Counted from the stretch's first letter, positions 1-7,769 are shown. The stretch is DNA of 32,000 nucleotides from an uncultured Erysipelotrichaceae bacterium (GCA_942493105.1 OW818668.1:1530001-1562000); one strand, 5' to 3'. The notes: generated by a model from the letters alone, not told the origin. Translations and numbers: made by a program.

Positions 1-162
1 TTCAATCTTTTGTTTTTTTACATATTTATTACACTGCTGGCGATATAACTCATTTTTAGCTACTATGTCAGAAAGAATCTGATTAAAAGTAAAGATCTAT
101 CATCTTAATGTCAACTTACGTTTTTTTATCATATACTGATTCGGTATAAACAAGGAGTAACC

Positions 163-1203
163 ATGTCAATTCTATATACATTGATCATATTGAGTATCAT
201 TATTACCATCCATGAATTAGGTCATCTAGCCAGTGCTAAGTTTTTTAAAGTTTACTGTAAAGAATTCTCATTAGGTATGGGACCAAAATTATGGGGATTT
301 AGAGGAAAAGAAACGACGTATAACCTAAGAATGTTTCCCTTTGGTGGTTTTGTTGCCATGGCAGGGGAAGAGTCAGTTGAAGTCGATGTACCTGTTGAAA
401 GAACTTTATTGGGTATCGCTAAATACAAACGGATGATCATTATGTTATCTGGGATATTTATGAACTTTGTTTTAGCGTTCACTTTATTTGTTGGGATCAA
501 TTGGTCATTGGGTTATGTTATAACATCGCCAAAAGCCATCGTTGCAGGTATTGTTGAAAATTCGCCGGCTGAAGCAGCTGGTCTACAAACCAATGACAAG
601 ATTTTAAAACTTACATTTAATGATGGGACTTCAATTATACCTAAGAACTTTGATGACGTCATAACTTATACTCAGCTATATCACAGTGAAATCAAATTCA
701 CACTTTTAAGAGGCTCACAAGAAATAGAAATATCAGTGACTCCAATTTACATGGCTGAAACTGAACGTTATTTCTTAGGAGTTATGTTGCCTCCTGCTGA
801 GAAAGTAAACATTAATCCGATTGAAGGTATAGGATATGCATTCCAGACCATGATAGGGACCATCTACAGCATGTTCTTATTGATTGGTAGATTATTGACT
901 GGAGTTGGTCTACAGTCTGTCAGTGGACCGCTAGGGATCATAGAGATCACACAGACACAAGCAAGTTATGGATTATTAAACTTGATTTATCTTACAGCAA
1001 TTCTATCTTTAAATGTAGGAGTATTTAATTTGTTACCACTGCCAATATTAGATGGAGGACGTGTATTTATCATTGGAATAGAATTGTTAATAAGAAAACC
1101 ACTTAATAAGCAAGTGGAGTATGCATTAATGTATTTTAGTGCAGCGCTATTGATCTTGTTGATGGTTTTAGCAACCTGGCAAGACTTAGTTAAATTATTC
1201 TAG
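163..1203 (+). CDS. rseP: Site-2 intramembrane metalloprotease, M50 family (RseP/RasP-like)
   Basis: HELGH zinc motif at aa 17-21 inside the first hydrophobic helix. PDZ-like segment GIVENSPAEAAGLQTNDKIL. C-terminal NLLPLPILDGG motif typical of M50. AAGGAG Shine-Dalgarno just upstream of the ATG. Confidence 0.9.
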   Translation: MSILYTLIILSIIITIHELGHLASAKFFKVYCKEFSLGMGPKLWGFRGKETTYNLRMFPFGGFVAMAGEESVEVDVPVERTLLGIAKYKRMIIMLSGIFMNFVLAFTLFVGINWSLGYVITSPKAIVAGIVENSPAEAAGLQTNDKILKLTFNDGTSIIPKNFDDVITYTQLYHSEIKFTLLRGSQEIEISVTPIYMAETERYFLGVMLPPAEKVNINPIEGIGYAFQTMIGTIYSMFLLIGRLLTGVGLQSVSGPLGIIEITQTQASYGLLNLIYLTAILSLNVGVFNLLPLPILDGGRVFIIGIELLIRKPLNKQVEYALMYFSAALLILLMVLATWQDLVKLF

Positions 1204-4011
1204 TCCAGCCAACATTCTTCTTATTTTGACTAAATCGGTCGTACTGATCTTGCCGTCACCATTGACGTCAGCAGCCAGCACGGCTTTTTCATTCATCGTT
1301 TCAAGTCCTGAAATATAGCGTCTTAATTTTACAAGATCGGTAGTAGATACTTTGTTATCATCATTTAAGTCAGCAATTAAATAGAATTCTACTTTGACTA
1401 GAGTATTGGTGGCATAGTAATCTAAGCGCAATGTGCTGGCCGAAGTAAGCAAGTAATCGTTATTAAATTGCCAACGATAAATCCTATATTTTGGTGATAA
1501 ATTAATTTTGAATTCGATAAGATCAGTTGAACTAACTGTTGTACCAGTAATAATTGGAACATCATTTTGAGTGACACTTAATGTACCACCAATTAAGTTG
1601 GTATCAAAATTCAAAGTTATACTCTTAACAATGTTCGAAACCATAACTTCTTTGTTGGAAATATTTCCAACATCATCCGTTGCAACAAAAGTAAATGTAC
1701 CATTATGAGTAAACGTGTATGAATTTACATTTAATGTACCTTCATTGGTTGTTGCATAAACAATAATGTCATTAGGGGTCGTTGTTATTGAGTCAAAAGG
1801 AGTTATTGTAATAATTGGCGGTGTTTTATCTATATGAGTAATCGTCACAGATTTTTCTGTGATATTTCCTGCAGCATCAGTTGCTTTAAAAACATACGTT
1901 CCATTTTGTGTAAATGTGTAGGATGTTAAATCTAGCACGCCTTCATTTGTTAAGGCAATTACAATAACATCTTGATTGGTTGGTAATGTTGGGTAATTTT
2001 GAATGGTTACAACAGGAGGTGTTTTATCAATTGTAAATTGTATTATTTGAACTGTACCAGTTTCACTCGTCGCAACCACGTCATAGACTCCCTCATTTGA
2101 AACAGTTTCACCTGAAAGAATGGGTGTACCGTTTAGAGTAGCAGTTCCGCTTGTGAAGAATATCTGACGATCACTATTGTAAAAACCCTGATCAACGACG
2201 CCTGTTACAAATTTTGAAATGTAATCAGATATCTGTTCAGCACTAATGTATGCGATGGATCTTGTGAAATCATAAGGGACTAGAATTGGATCTTGATTAT
2301 TGTTGATAGATCCGTCTTCATTGAGTGGATTTGTTGTTTGTATTTTATAAACTAATGTATTATTGACCATTAATCCTTCTAGGATGATGAAAGGATAATT
2401 GGTTGCTCGTGTTGGTAAAGTATAAAGAAGATTTGTTAATTGAGGGTCTTTATAGACAGAGCGTGATGCTGAAGAACCTAGAATCCCTAACTGATAGGTA
2501 TTTAAGTCTTTAAAGCCAAGATATCTATCCATTCTATAAGCAATTGCAGAGATACCTAAGCTCCACCATGGATCAGACGCATATTTAGTATTGAAACCAG
2601 CACCCTTATTTCCAATATTGCTGGCATAAAAAACAGAACCATTATAACTCATATAAGACCTTCTTAAGTTAATGCCCATATGTTGATTGATACATGCCTC
2701 TATTGAGGCAAATGCTTCAGCATTATCAGGATTACTATCATATGCACCCCATCCAAATAAGTTATATCTTCCATTACAGTAATGAACGATATTATTTTCA
2801 TCTGCATATTTCCCACTTGGGTAGAGTAAACAATATTCAGCTACCGTATACGGAAGAATTTCGAAAGTTGTTGTGTTTTTAACCACCAAACCATTCAAAT
2901 TGGCCGGGTTTTGAGCATAAGTGCTACGTCCAAATGCACTTTCTAAAGCACCCATACTATAAATCATCAATGCATTCATGCCATATGTATTTTGTGCATT
3001 TATAAATAAGTTACCTGAATTCGTCATGGTACTAGAGCTTGGATCTTGATTATTCACATCTTGATAATAGTCAAGATAAAAATCAAGATCAGCTCCGGTA
3101 TAATTGGTTTTTGATCTTAAATTTGTATATGCATAATAGTTATAAAATTTTCCAATAGATGTTCCATTGAGAACAGGATTCTTTAGATCCACGTCTGTAT
3201 AAAATGTGATCCCATCTGGACTAAAGTAAGTGCCTAAAGGTAACCAATCAGGTGCTAAACCAATTTCATATGAACTATTGGTTGATGATATGAAATTTAG
3301 AATCAACTTAAGTTGTTTGAATGTTTTGGTTCCATTGATGGTTGGTTTGCTTTCATTGACCACCACGTAATAAGACTGCTTTACTGCTAAGCTTTTTATT
3401 CCTGTAGAAATATCAACATTATAGGTCCAACCATTATCCGCATAAATCAATGGGATGATTTGAATTTGATTTACTCTTACATAACCTTTTGCACCATTTA
3501 CTGAAATCAAAGCAGATAGATTTGAAGGTGTGATATTACCTGTCCCTGAAAAATGTGTCGAAGAATAGTAATAAAGTGGATTTCTTTCGTCGATATATGT
3601 ATAAACTGTTGATAAACTAGAATTTGAATAAATATTCATCGTAGAATTATTGGTATAAATTACATTTTGTGAGTAAGCCATAGCCCGATCAGCAGCAACG
3701 ATCTTAGAGTAATTAGTTTCAATAACTGTTGTAGTATTTGGATTGTCTCCATAGTAAGTAATGGTAACGTTTTTAAGCGCATCACTTGTATCACCATCTT
3801 GATTTGGATCAGTTGTTTGAAGCAATAATTGATTTGCTGCCCCATCATAATCAGACAACGCAAAACACCCCAAAGAAATACTTTCAGTAGGTGAGATGAT
3901 TTGATCTACACTATAACGATTACCAGTGCAATCAATAGCGCGAACTGTTTTATATGGAGTAACCGAAATCAATGAGAGTGTGAGTAACAAGACAAGAAAA
4001 CTCTTTCTCAT
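1195..4011 (-). CDS. Secreted multidomain cell-wall hydrolase: signal peptide, GH73-like N-acetylglucosaminidase domain, tandem Ig-like repeats, C-terminal type-I dockerin
   Basis: N-terminal signal peptide (MRKSFLVLLLTLSLISVTPYKTVRA). Glucosaminidase-like block at about aa 330-500 (MGALESAFGRS, NLFGWGAYDSNP, KYASDPWW). Two adjacent roughly 66-aa repeats each starting IDKTPP (aa 661-793). Duplicated Ca-binding dockerin segments DLNDDNKVSTTDLVKLRRYISG and DVNGDGKISTTDLVKIRRMLAG at the C-terminus. The ATG overlaps the upstream gene's stop (ATGA). Confidence 0.8.
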   Translation of the reverse strand: MRKSFLVLLLTLSLISVTPYKTVRAIDCTGNRYSVDQIISPTESISLGCFALSDYDGAANQLLLQTTDPNQDGDTSDALKNVTITYYGDNPNTTTVIETNYSKIVAADRAMAYSQNVIYTNNSTMNIYSNSSLSTVYTYIDERNPLYYYSSTHFSGTGNITPSNLSALISVNGAKGYVRVNQIQIIPLIYADNGWTYNVDISTGIKSLAVKQSYYVVVNESKPTINGTKTFKQLKLILNFISSTNSSYEIGLAPDWLPLGTYFSPDGITFYTDVDLKNPVLNGTSIGKFYNYYAYTNLRSKTNYTGADLDFYLDYYQDVNNQDPSSSTMTNSGNLFINAQNTYGMNALMIYSMGALESAFGRSTYAQNPANLNGLVVKNTTTFEILPYTVAEYCLLYPSGKYADENNIVHYCNGRYNLFGWGAYDSNPDNAEAFASIEACINQHMGINLRRSYMSYNGSVFYASNIGNKGAGFNTKYASDPWWSLGISAIAYRMDRYLGFKDLNTYQLGILGSSASRSVYKDPQLTNLLYTLPTRATNYPFIILEGLMVNNTLVYKIQTTNPLNEDGSINNNQDPILVPYDFTRSIAYISAEQISDYISKFVTGVVDQGFYNSDRQIFFTSGTATLNGTPILSGETVSNEGVYDVVATSETGTVQIIQFTIDKTPPVVTIQNYPTLPTNQDVIVIALTNEGVLDLTSYTFTQNGTYVFKATDAAGNITEKSVTITHIDKTPPIITITPFDSITTTPNDIIVYATTNEGTLNVNSYTFTHNGTFTFVATDDVGNISNKEVMVSNIVKSITLNFDTNLIGGTLSVTQNDVPIITGTTVSSTDLIEFKINLSPKYRIYRWQFNNDYLLTSASTLRLDYYATNTLVKVEFYLIADLNDDNKVSTTDLVKLRRYISGLETMNEKAVLAADVNGDGKISTTDLVKIRRMLAGLE
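1198..1377 (-). other. Dockerin type-I module (domain of the 938-aa protein)
   Basis: Two roughly 22-residue EF-hand-like repeats with the D-x-N-x-D-x-K-(V/I)-S-x-x-D-L pattern, separated by a short linker and located at the extreme C-terminus. Confidence 0.75.
1633..2031 (-). repeat. In-frame tandem duplication encoding two Ig-like modules (aa 661-726 and 727-793 of the 938-aa protein)
   Basis: IDKTPPVVTI...NEGVLDLTSYTFTQNGTYVFKATDAAGNITEKSVTITH aligns with IDKTPPIITI...NEGTLNVNSYTFTHNGTFTFVATDDVGNISNKEVMVSN. Both units contain GGTGTTTTATC on the + strand. Confidence 0.7.
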
Positions 4012-5006
4012 TGAGCAGTCCCCATGAATAAGACTTCAATAAAACTATTTTTATTTGCCAATTTGATTAAGACATGGATTTTATCGTTTGGTGTCGCATA
4101 TAAATCAATCGATTCATCGGTGATGTCCATGAACAAGTAACCACTCTTCATGCCTGTGATATCAATACCGAAAATCGAAACTTCTTCATCTATGAGATAA
4201 GTAGGATCAATCATTTGGAAAGTGCCTTTCCCATCAATTGTTATATAAGCACTTTCAATTTTAATAGGAGTTGTTGTATTGTTCTCAAGTGTTATTTGGA
4301 AACCAAATACTTGTGACTTTGCACCAAACTGCGCTTCTTCTCGATCCCCATCATTATTGATAGTATAAAAGGAGCGTTTACTGATGAGTGTTTTATCAAC
4401 CGTAGTCGCAATAAAATCAGGTCGTGGTTTTTCAACGCCTAACATTTCACGGGTACCTGTATGTGCGATATCATTGATATTGAAAGACAGGTTGTAGATT
4501 CGATTGATGCTGACTTTTAAAATCAAATCATTTAAAGAGCGATTGACCACTGGGATAAATAAACAATAAGTGTTTGCCATTAATGATTCAGATGCGGGTA
4601 GTGGACATTTCAAATCAAAGCCTTGATTAGTAAGATAGTCAGTATATTCGGAGGTATTGGCTAAATTGATGTTCTCGGAGGTTGTAAAAGGATTTTGCGG
4701 TAAGGTTAGTTCACGATTGCTGGTAATTGTAACGTTGGCCATAATGAAATCATATTGCACATCCATAAACTGATAGACTTTATAATCATCAAGTGTAACG
4801 GTGTAGGTTTGATCGGGTAATGGATTGTCGATTGGGTCTTCTTTGAGGTTTTTAATAACGTCTCGGATATAGAAACCAAAACTCAATATAGACACAAGTA
4901 AAATACCGATAAATCCAATCTTGATGAAACTGCTTTTTTGTCTACTTGCATTTTTCATTATCATTATTTTACCATAATCAAATAAATCAAACGACTTTTC
5001 AATCAA
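4008..5006 (-). CDS. Single-pass membrane-anchored protein with a beta-rich extracytoplasmic region, unknown function
   Basis: Positively charged N-terminus followed by one hydrophobic helix (FIKIGFIGILLVSILSFGFYI). The remaining roughly 280 aa is rich in beta-type alternating patterns. The start is uncertain: TTG at 5006 overlaps the SRAP stop, and ATG at 4964 or 4958 would give MIMKNASRQKSS. The stop overlaps the ATG of the downstream hydrolase gene. Confidence 0.55.
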   Translation of the reverse strand: MIEKSFDLFDYGKIMIMKNASRQKSSFIKIGFIGILLVSILSFGFYIRDVIKNLKEDPIDNPLPDQTYTVTLDDYKVYQFMDVQYDFIMANVTITSNRELTLPQNPFTTSENINLANTSEYTDYLTNQGFDLKCPLPASESLMANTYCLFIPVVNRSLNDLILKVSINRIYNLSFNINDIAHTGTREMLGVEKPRPDFIATTVDKTLISKRSFYTINNDGDREEAQFGAKSQVFGFQITLENNTTTPIKIESAYITIDGKGTFQMIDPTYLIDEEVSIFGIDITGMKSGYLFMDITDESIDLYATPNDKIHVLIKLANKNSFIEVLFMGTAQ

Positions 5007-5580
5007 ATAAGGAAATCTGTGCTGCTTGGTTCTTCCAATTTAAATTGATTTGTTTAAGATTTCTGAAATCTTCCAGAAGATCTGCACCATCATCAATGTA
5101 TCTTTGAAGATAGGCTTCAGGAATAAACAGGGGTACACGATTATGAAGCTTTCTAAAGTCTCCTTCAGCTTCATCTGTCAATATAGCGAAAGTTGGGATT
5201 TCTGTACTGTCATCATAAACACCTGCCATATAAAATGATGTTTGAGCATCTTGATAAACAATGTTTTTATGTTTGTTCTTATCCCATTCAAAAAAAGCTT
5301 CAGCTTTAATGAGACAACGGCGCATCGTGATGTGTTCTTTGAAGAAAGGGGATTCTTTGATGCTTTCGCTTCTCGCATTGATGATGAGTCCTTTATCATC
5401 CCATTTTTTTAAGCCCCAACGCATGACGGCGGGGGTATCCGGGGTCTTAAAAACAATGGTTTTTTGTGATGGGAAGACTTCTCCTAATGAAAGATCACTT
5501 AGATCGCTTAAGTTAAGTTGCTGGATCCAGTCATGAAGTTCTTCATCTTCATTTTGTTTAAATAGGTATCTTCCGCACAT
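4999..5580 (-). CDS. SOS-response-associated peptidase (SRAP; YedK/HMCES family), abasic-site DNA-protein crosslink sensor
   Basis: MCGRY N-terminus once the start is moved to the ATG at 5580; the family needs Cys2 as the N-terminal nucleophile. Also FFEW and HNRVP motifs. AAGGAA SD 8 nt upstream. The 7 extra codons in the ORF track (MKAKEID) are probably not translated. Confidence 0.85.
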   Translation of the reverse strand: MCGRYLFKQNEDEELHDWIQQLNLSDLSDLSLGEVFPSQKTIVFKTPDTPAVMRWGLKKWDDKGLIINARSESIKESPFFKEHITMRRCLIKAEAFFEWDKNKHKNIVYQDAQTSFYMAGVYDDSTEIPTFAILTDEAEGDFRKLHNRVPLFIPEAYLQRYIDDGADLLEDFRNLKQINLNWKNQAAQISLFD

Positions 5581-5581
5581 G

Positions 5582-5824
5582 TCAATTTCCTTTGCTTTCA
5601 ATAAACCACCGATCCTCTTCTAGAAACAGATAGCGAGCTTGGCCCTGAATGTAACAGGTATAGCGTATTCCTGTACCTCCGGCAATCGTTGAGGCTGCTC
5701 TGGTGATTTGGGTGACTTTATCTATTGAATATTTTACACCATTAGACCAAACGATGGCTAAGGGTTTGATTTGTCCATCTTTATTATGATGCAATATGAC
5801 ATCTACATATATTTTTTTAGCCAT
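5582..5824 (-). CDS. Small (about 80 aa) uncharacterised protein between the Y-family polymerase and SRAP genes
   Basis: Open frame MAKKIYVDVILHHNKDGQIKPLAIVWSNGVKYSIDKV...GGTGIRYTCYIQGQARYLFLEEDRWFIE. AAGGA SD lies 7 nt before the ATG at 5824; an alternative ATG at 5833 overlaps the polymerase stop as ATGA. Its stop is 1 nt from the SRAP ATG. No family recognised by eye. Confidence 0.6.
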   Translation of the reverse strand: MAKKIYVDVILHHNKDGQIKPLAIVWSNGVKYSIDKVTQITRAASTIAGGTGIRYTCYIQGQARYLFLEEDRWFIESKGN

Positions 5825-5829
5825 GGGAA

Positions 5830-7077
5830 TCATCCTTTAAAGTAAGACTCAGGAAAAATAACATGTTCTTGCTTGGGGTTAAACTGAGAAAGCAGGGGAT
5901 CTTCTTTCATCATCAGTCGTTGGACGCTGTCAAAACCGTAACGCTCACGGATCACATCCAGAGTGTTCTCCAAATCTAAAGAACGCTGATGGGCTTTTTG
6001 ATCGGTAAACAAATCAAGTTGGATTGGAGTTTCCATTACGCTAAGGTCGCTGGCTTTGATCCCAATGCTACGCAAAGGAGTCGAAAAATCAACATTCTTT
6101 TCAAACAGATCCATCGCAGCTTGGGCAATATCATCGCTGAGATGGGTAGGCTGGCTCAGTTTGATCTGCCGAGTATAACCTTTAAGGTTGATGTCTCGAA
6201 CTCCGATGCTGATGACCTGAGCAACCAAATGGGCTTCTTTAAGGCGAGCAGCTACACTTTCTGATAAGACATAGGTGACAATCTTAACATCTTGAAGATT
6301 GCGCAAATCTCTAGGACAAGTGGTTGAATTCCCAATGGATTTGACCATGGGTTCAAAATTTTGGATCATGACAGGGCTGTTGTCCATACCATTGGCGAAA
6401 CGCCATAGATAGTCGCCCCATTTACCCAAACGCCGCTTTAATACGGCAGGATCTATTGTGGCACAGTCACCGATGGTATAGATTCCCAATAAATGAAGTT
6501 TCTGAGCTGTTGCTCTACCGACATAAAGCAGATCTTCAATGGGCAAGGGCCAAACGATCTGTTCCATATTGGCACGTGTGATCTCTGTCGTTGCATCGGG
6601 TTTTTTATAATCTGAGCCCAGTTTCGCAAAGACCTTATTGAAACTTACCCCAACAGAAATCGTAACTCCTAATTCTACTTTCACGCGTTCACGAATCATA
6701 TCAGCTAATTCTTTGGGGGACCCAAAAAGATGAACGCTTTCAGTGACATCGATCCAAACCTCATCGATTCCAAAGGACTCGATTTTATCGCTATATTCAG
6801 AATATATTGCTTTGACCATTCTGGAAAAACGCAAATATTGTGAAAAATTAGGTTTGACCAAGACAAGATTAGGGCATTTTTGTAAAGCTTGCCATAATGC
6901 TTCGCCGGTCGTGACACCGGCTTTCTTAGCCAATGGATTTTTTGCAAGAATGATGCCATGACGTTTTTCAACATCCCCGCCGACCGCCATGGGGATATTA
7001 CGGTATTCAGGATGATGCAAACATTCAACCGAAGCATAGAAACTATTCAGATCGCAGTGGAGTATGACTCTGTCCAT
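5830..7077 (-). CDS. Y-family translesion DNA polymerase (DinB/UmuC superfamily)
   Basis: N-terminal ILHCDLNSFYASVE catalytic motif, FGIDEVWIDVT second acidic motif, and a length and layout (palm-fingers-thumb-little finger) typical of the family. AAGGAG SD 6 nt upstream of the ATG. Confidence 0.9.
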   Translation of the reverse strand: MDRVILHCDLNSFYASVECLHHPEYRNIPMAVGGDVEKRHGIILAKNPLAKKAGVTTGEALWQALQKCPNLVLVKPNFSQYLRFSRMVKAIYSEYSDKIESFGIDEVWIDVTESVHLFGSPKELADMIRERVKVELGVTISVGVSFNKVFAKLGSDYKKPDATTEITRANMEQIVWPLPIEDLLYVGRATAQKLHLLGIYTIGDCATIDPAVLKRRLGKWGDYLWRFANGMDNSPVMIQNFEPMVKSIGNSTTCPRDLRNLQDVKIVTYVLSESVAARLKEAHLVAQVISIGVRDINLKGYTRQIKLSQPTHLSDDIAQAAMDLFEKNVDFSTPLRSIGIKASDLSVMETPIQLDLFTDQKAHQRSLDLENTLDVIRERYGFDSVQRLMMKEDPLLSQFNPKQEHVIFPESYFKG

Positions 7078-7101
7078 GGTGGTCTCCTTATGTCTTTATT
7101 T

Positions 7102-7122
7102 TACTTGAAAATAATTCAAGTA
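7102..7122. promoter_or_regulatory. Operator O1: perfect palindrome TACTTGAA-AATAA-TTCAAGTA over the polymerase-operon promoter
   Basis: 8-bp arms are exact reverse complements. On the minus strand, a -35 TTGCTA (7121-7126) and a -10 TAAAAT (7098-7103) with a 17-bp spacer flank it, so the site fills the spacer. Confidence 0.75.
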
Positions 7123-7130
7123 GCAAGTCT

Positions 7131-7151
7131 TACTTGAATTATTTTCAAGTA
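7131..7151. promoter_or_regulatory. Operator O2: TACTTGAA-TTATT-TTCAAGTA, exact reverse complement of O1, over the repressor-gene promoter
   Basis: The 21-mer is the exact reverse complement of 7102-7122. A plus-strand -35 TTGAAT (7134-7139), a 17-bp spacer and a -10 TATACT (7157-7162) overlap it. Confidence 0.75.
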
Positions 7152-7172
7152 TGTTTTATACTAGAAACAGAT

Positions 7173-7769
7173 ATGATGAGCCTGCACGAAAAGTTGAAGC
7201 AGCTTCGAAAAGATAGGGGTCTTTCTCAACAAGACCTGGCTTTTCATTTTGGCTATAAATCATTTACGACCATTCAAAAATGGGAAGATGGTTCTTCTTT
7301 GCCTCCAACTCGGATTTTGACTCAATTGGCTGATTTTTATCATGTCTCTGTCGAAGAATTGATGAGTACCCAACGAAAAGTAGCCATTCCGATTTTAGGT
7401 ACAGTTCGAGGAGGCCCACTGCGTTATGCCTCGCAAGAATTCAAAGGCATTGAATATGTCAATGAAAATGAAGGATCATCTGAAGATCACTTTTATTTGG
7501 AAGTCGTTGGAGATTCTATGATCAATGCGAGGATCCATCCTGGAGATTTGGTGTATGTGCATCGTCAAAGCAACATTGAAAACGGGGAAATCGCTGTTGT
7601 GTTAGATGGTGAAGATGCGACCATCAAACGTGTTTATTATGAGAATGATAAACTGATTTTAAGACCAGAAAATCCGAAGTATTCTGACATCGTTTATACT
7701 CAAGAAGAATGTGAAACAAAACCTATTAAGATTTTAGGAAAAGTCATACACTGTAAAATAAAACTGTAA
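7173..7769 (+). CDS. XRE-type HTH / S24 peptidase self-cleaving repressor (HdiR/LexA-like, phage-CI-like architecture)
   Basis: N-terminal HTH_3-like LKQLRKDRGLSQQDLAFHFGYKSFTTIQKWEDG. Linker IPILGTVRGGP resembles the LexA cleavage loop. GDSM serine motif and IKRV lysine motif of S24 peptidases. The track start (TTG 7134) lies inside the operator/promoter, so ATG 7173 or 7176 is preferred. Confidence 0.85.
   Translation: MMSLHEKLKQLRKDRGLSQQDLAFHFGYKSFTTIQKWEDGSSLPPTRILTQLADFYHVSVEELMSTQRKVAIPILGTVRGGPLRYASQEFKGIEYVNENEGSSEDHFYLEVVGDSMINARIHPGDLVYVHRQSNIENGEIAVVLDGEDATIKRVYYENDKLILRPENPKYSDIVYTQEECETKPIKILGKVIHCKIKL

Noticed and set aside
1-48. Possible 3' end of an upstream membrane-protein gene (frame 1: FNLLFFYIFITLLAI-stop), perhaps cdsA given its position before rseP.
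   Set aside because: Only 15 codons are visible. A hydrophobic tail is compatible with the idea but far too short to support a call.
252-500. Antisense and out-of-frame ORFs of 60-113 aa listed in the track. Examples are 252-500, 2694-2882, 3660-3863, 5050-5536, 5989-6264, 6705-7037, 7816-8094, 8119-8400, 9040-9306, 12676-12882, 13987-14175, 18647-18898, 20704-20937, 21615-21851, 22663-22932, 23661-23879, 25895-26104, 26738-26932, 27215-27529, 27720-28061 and 30947-31129.
   Set aside because: Each lies wholly inside a longer ORF with clear family motifs on the other strand or in another frame. They have low-complexity or odd composition, and none has a recognisable SD or motif. They are treated as shadow ORFs.
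1633-2031. Tandem nucleotide repeat that might suggest a CRISPR or noncoding satellite.
   Set aside because: It is an in-frame duplication of an Ig-like protein module (two diverged units) inside a long ORF, with no spacer/repeat periodicity.
7078-7172. Looked for a canonical Gram-positive LexA/Cheo box (GAAC-N4-GTTC) in the divergent promoter region.
   Set aside because: None is present. The only dyad symmetry is the TACTTGAA-N5-TTCAAGTA pair, which is reported as the operator instead.
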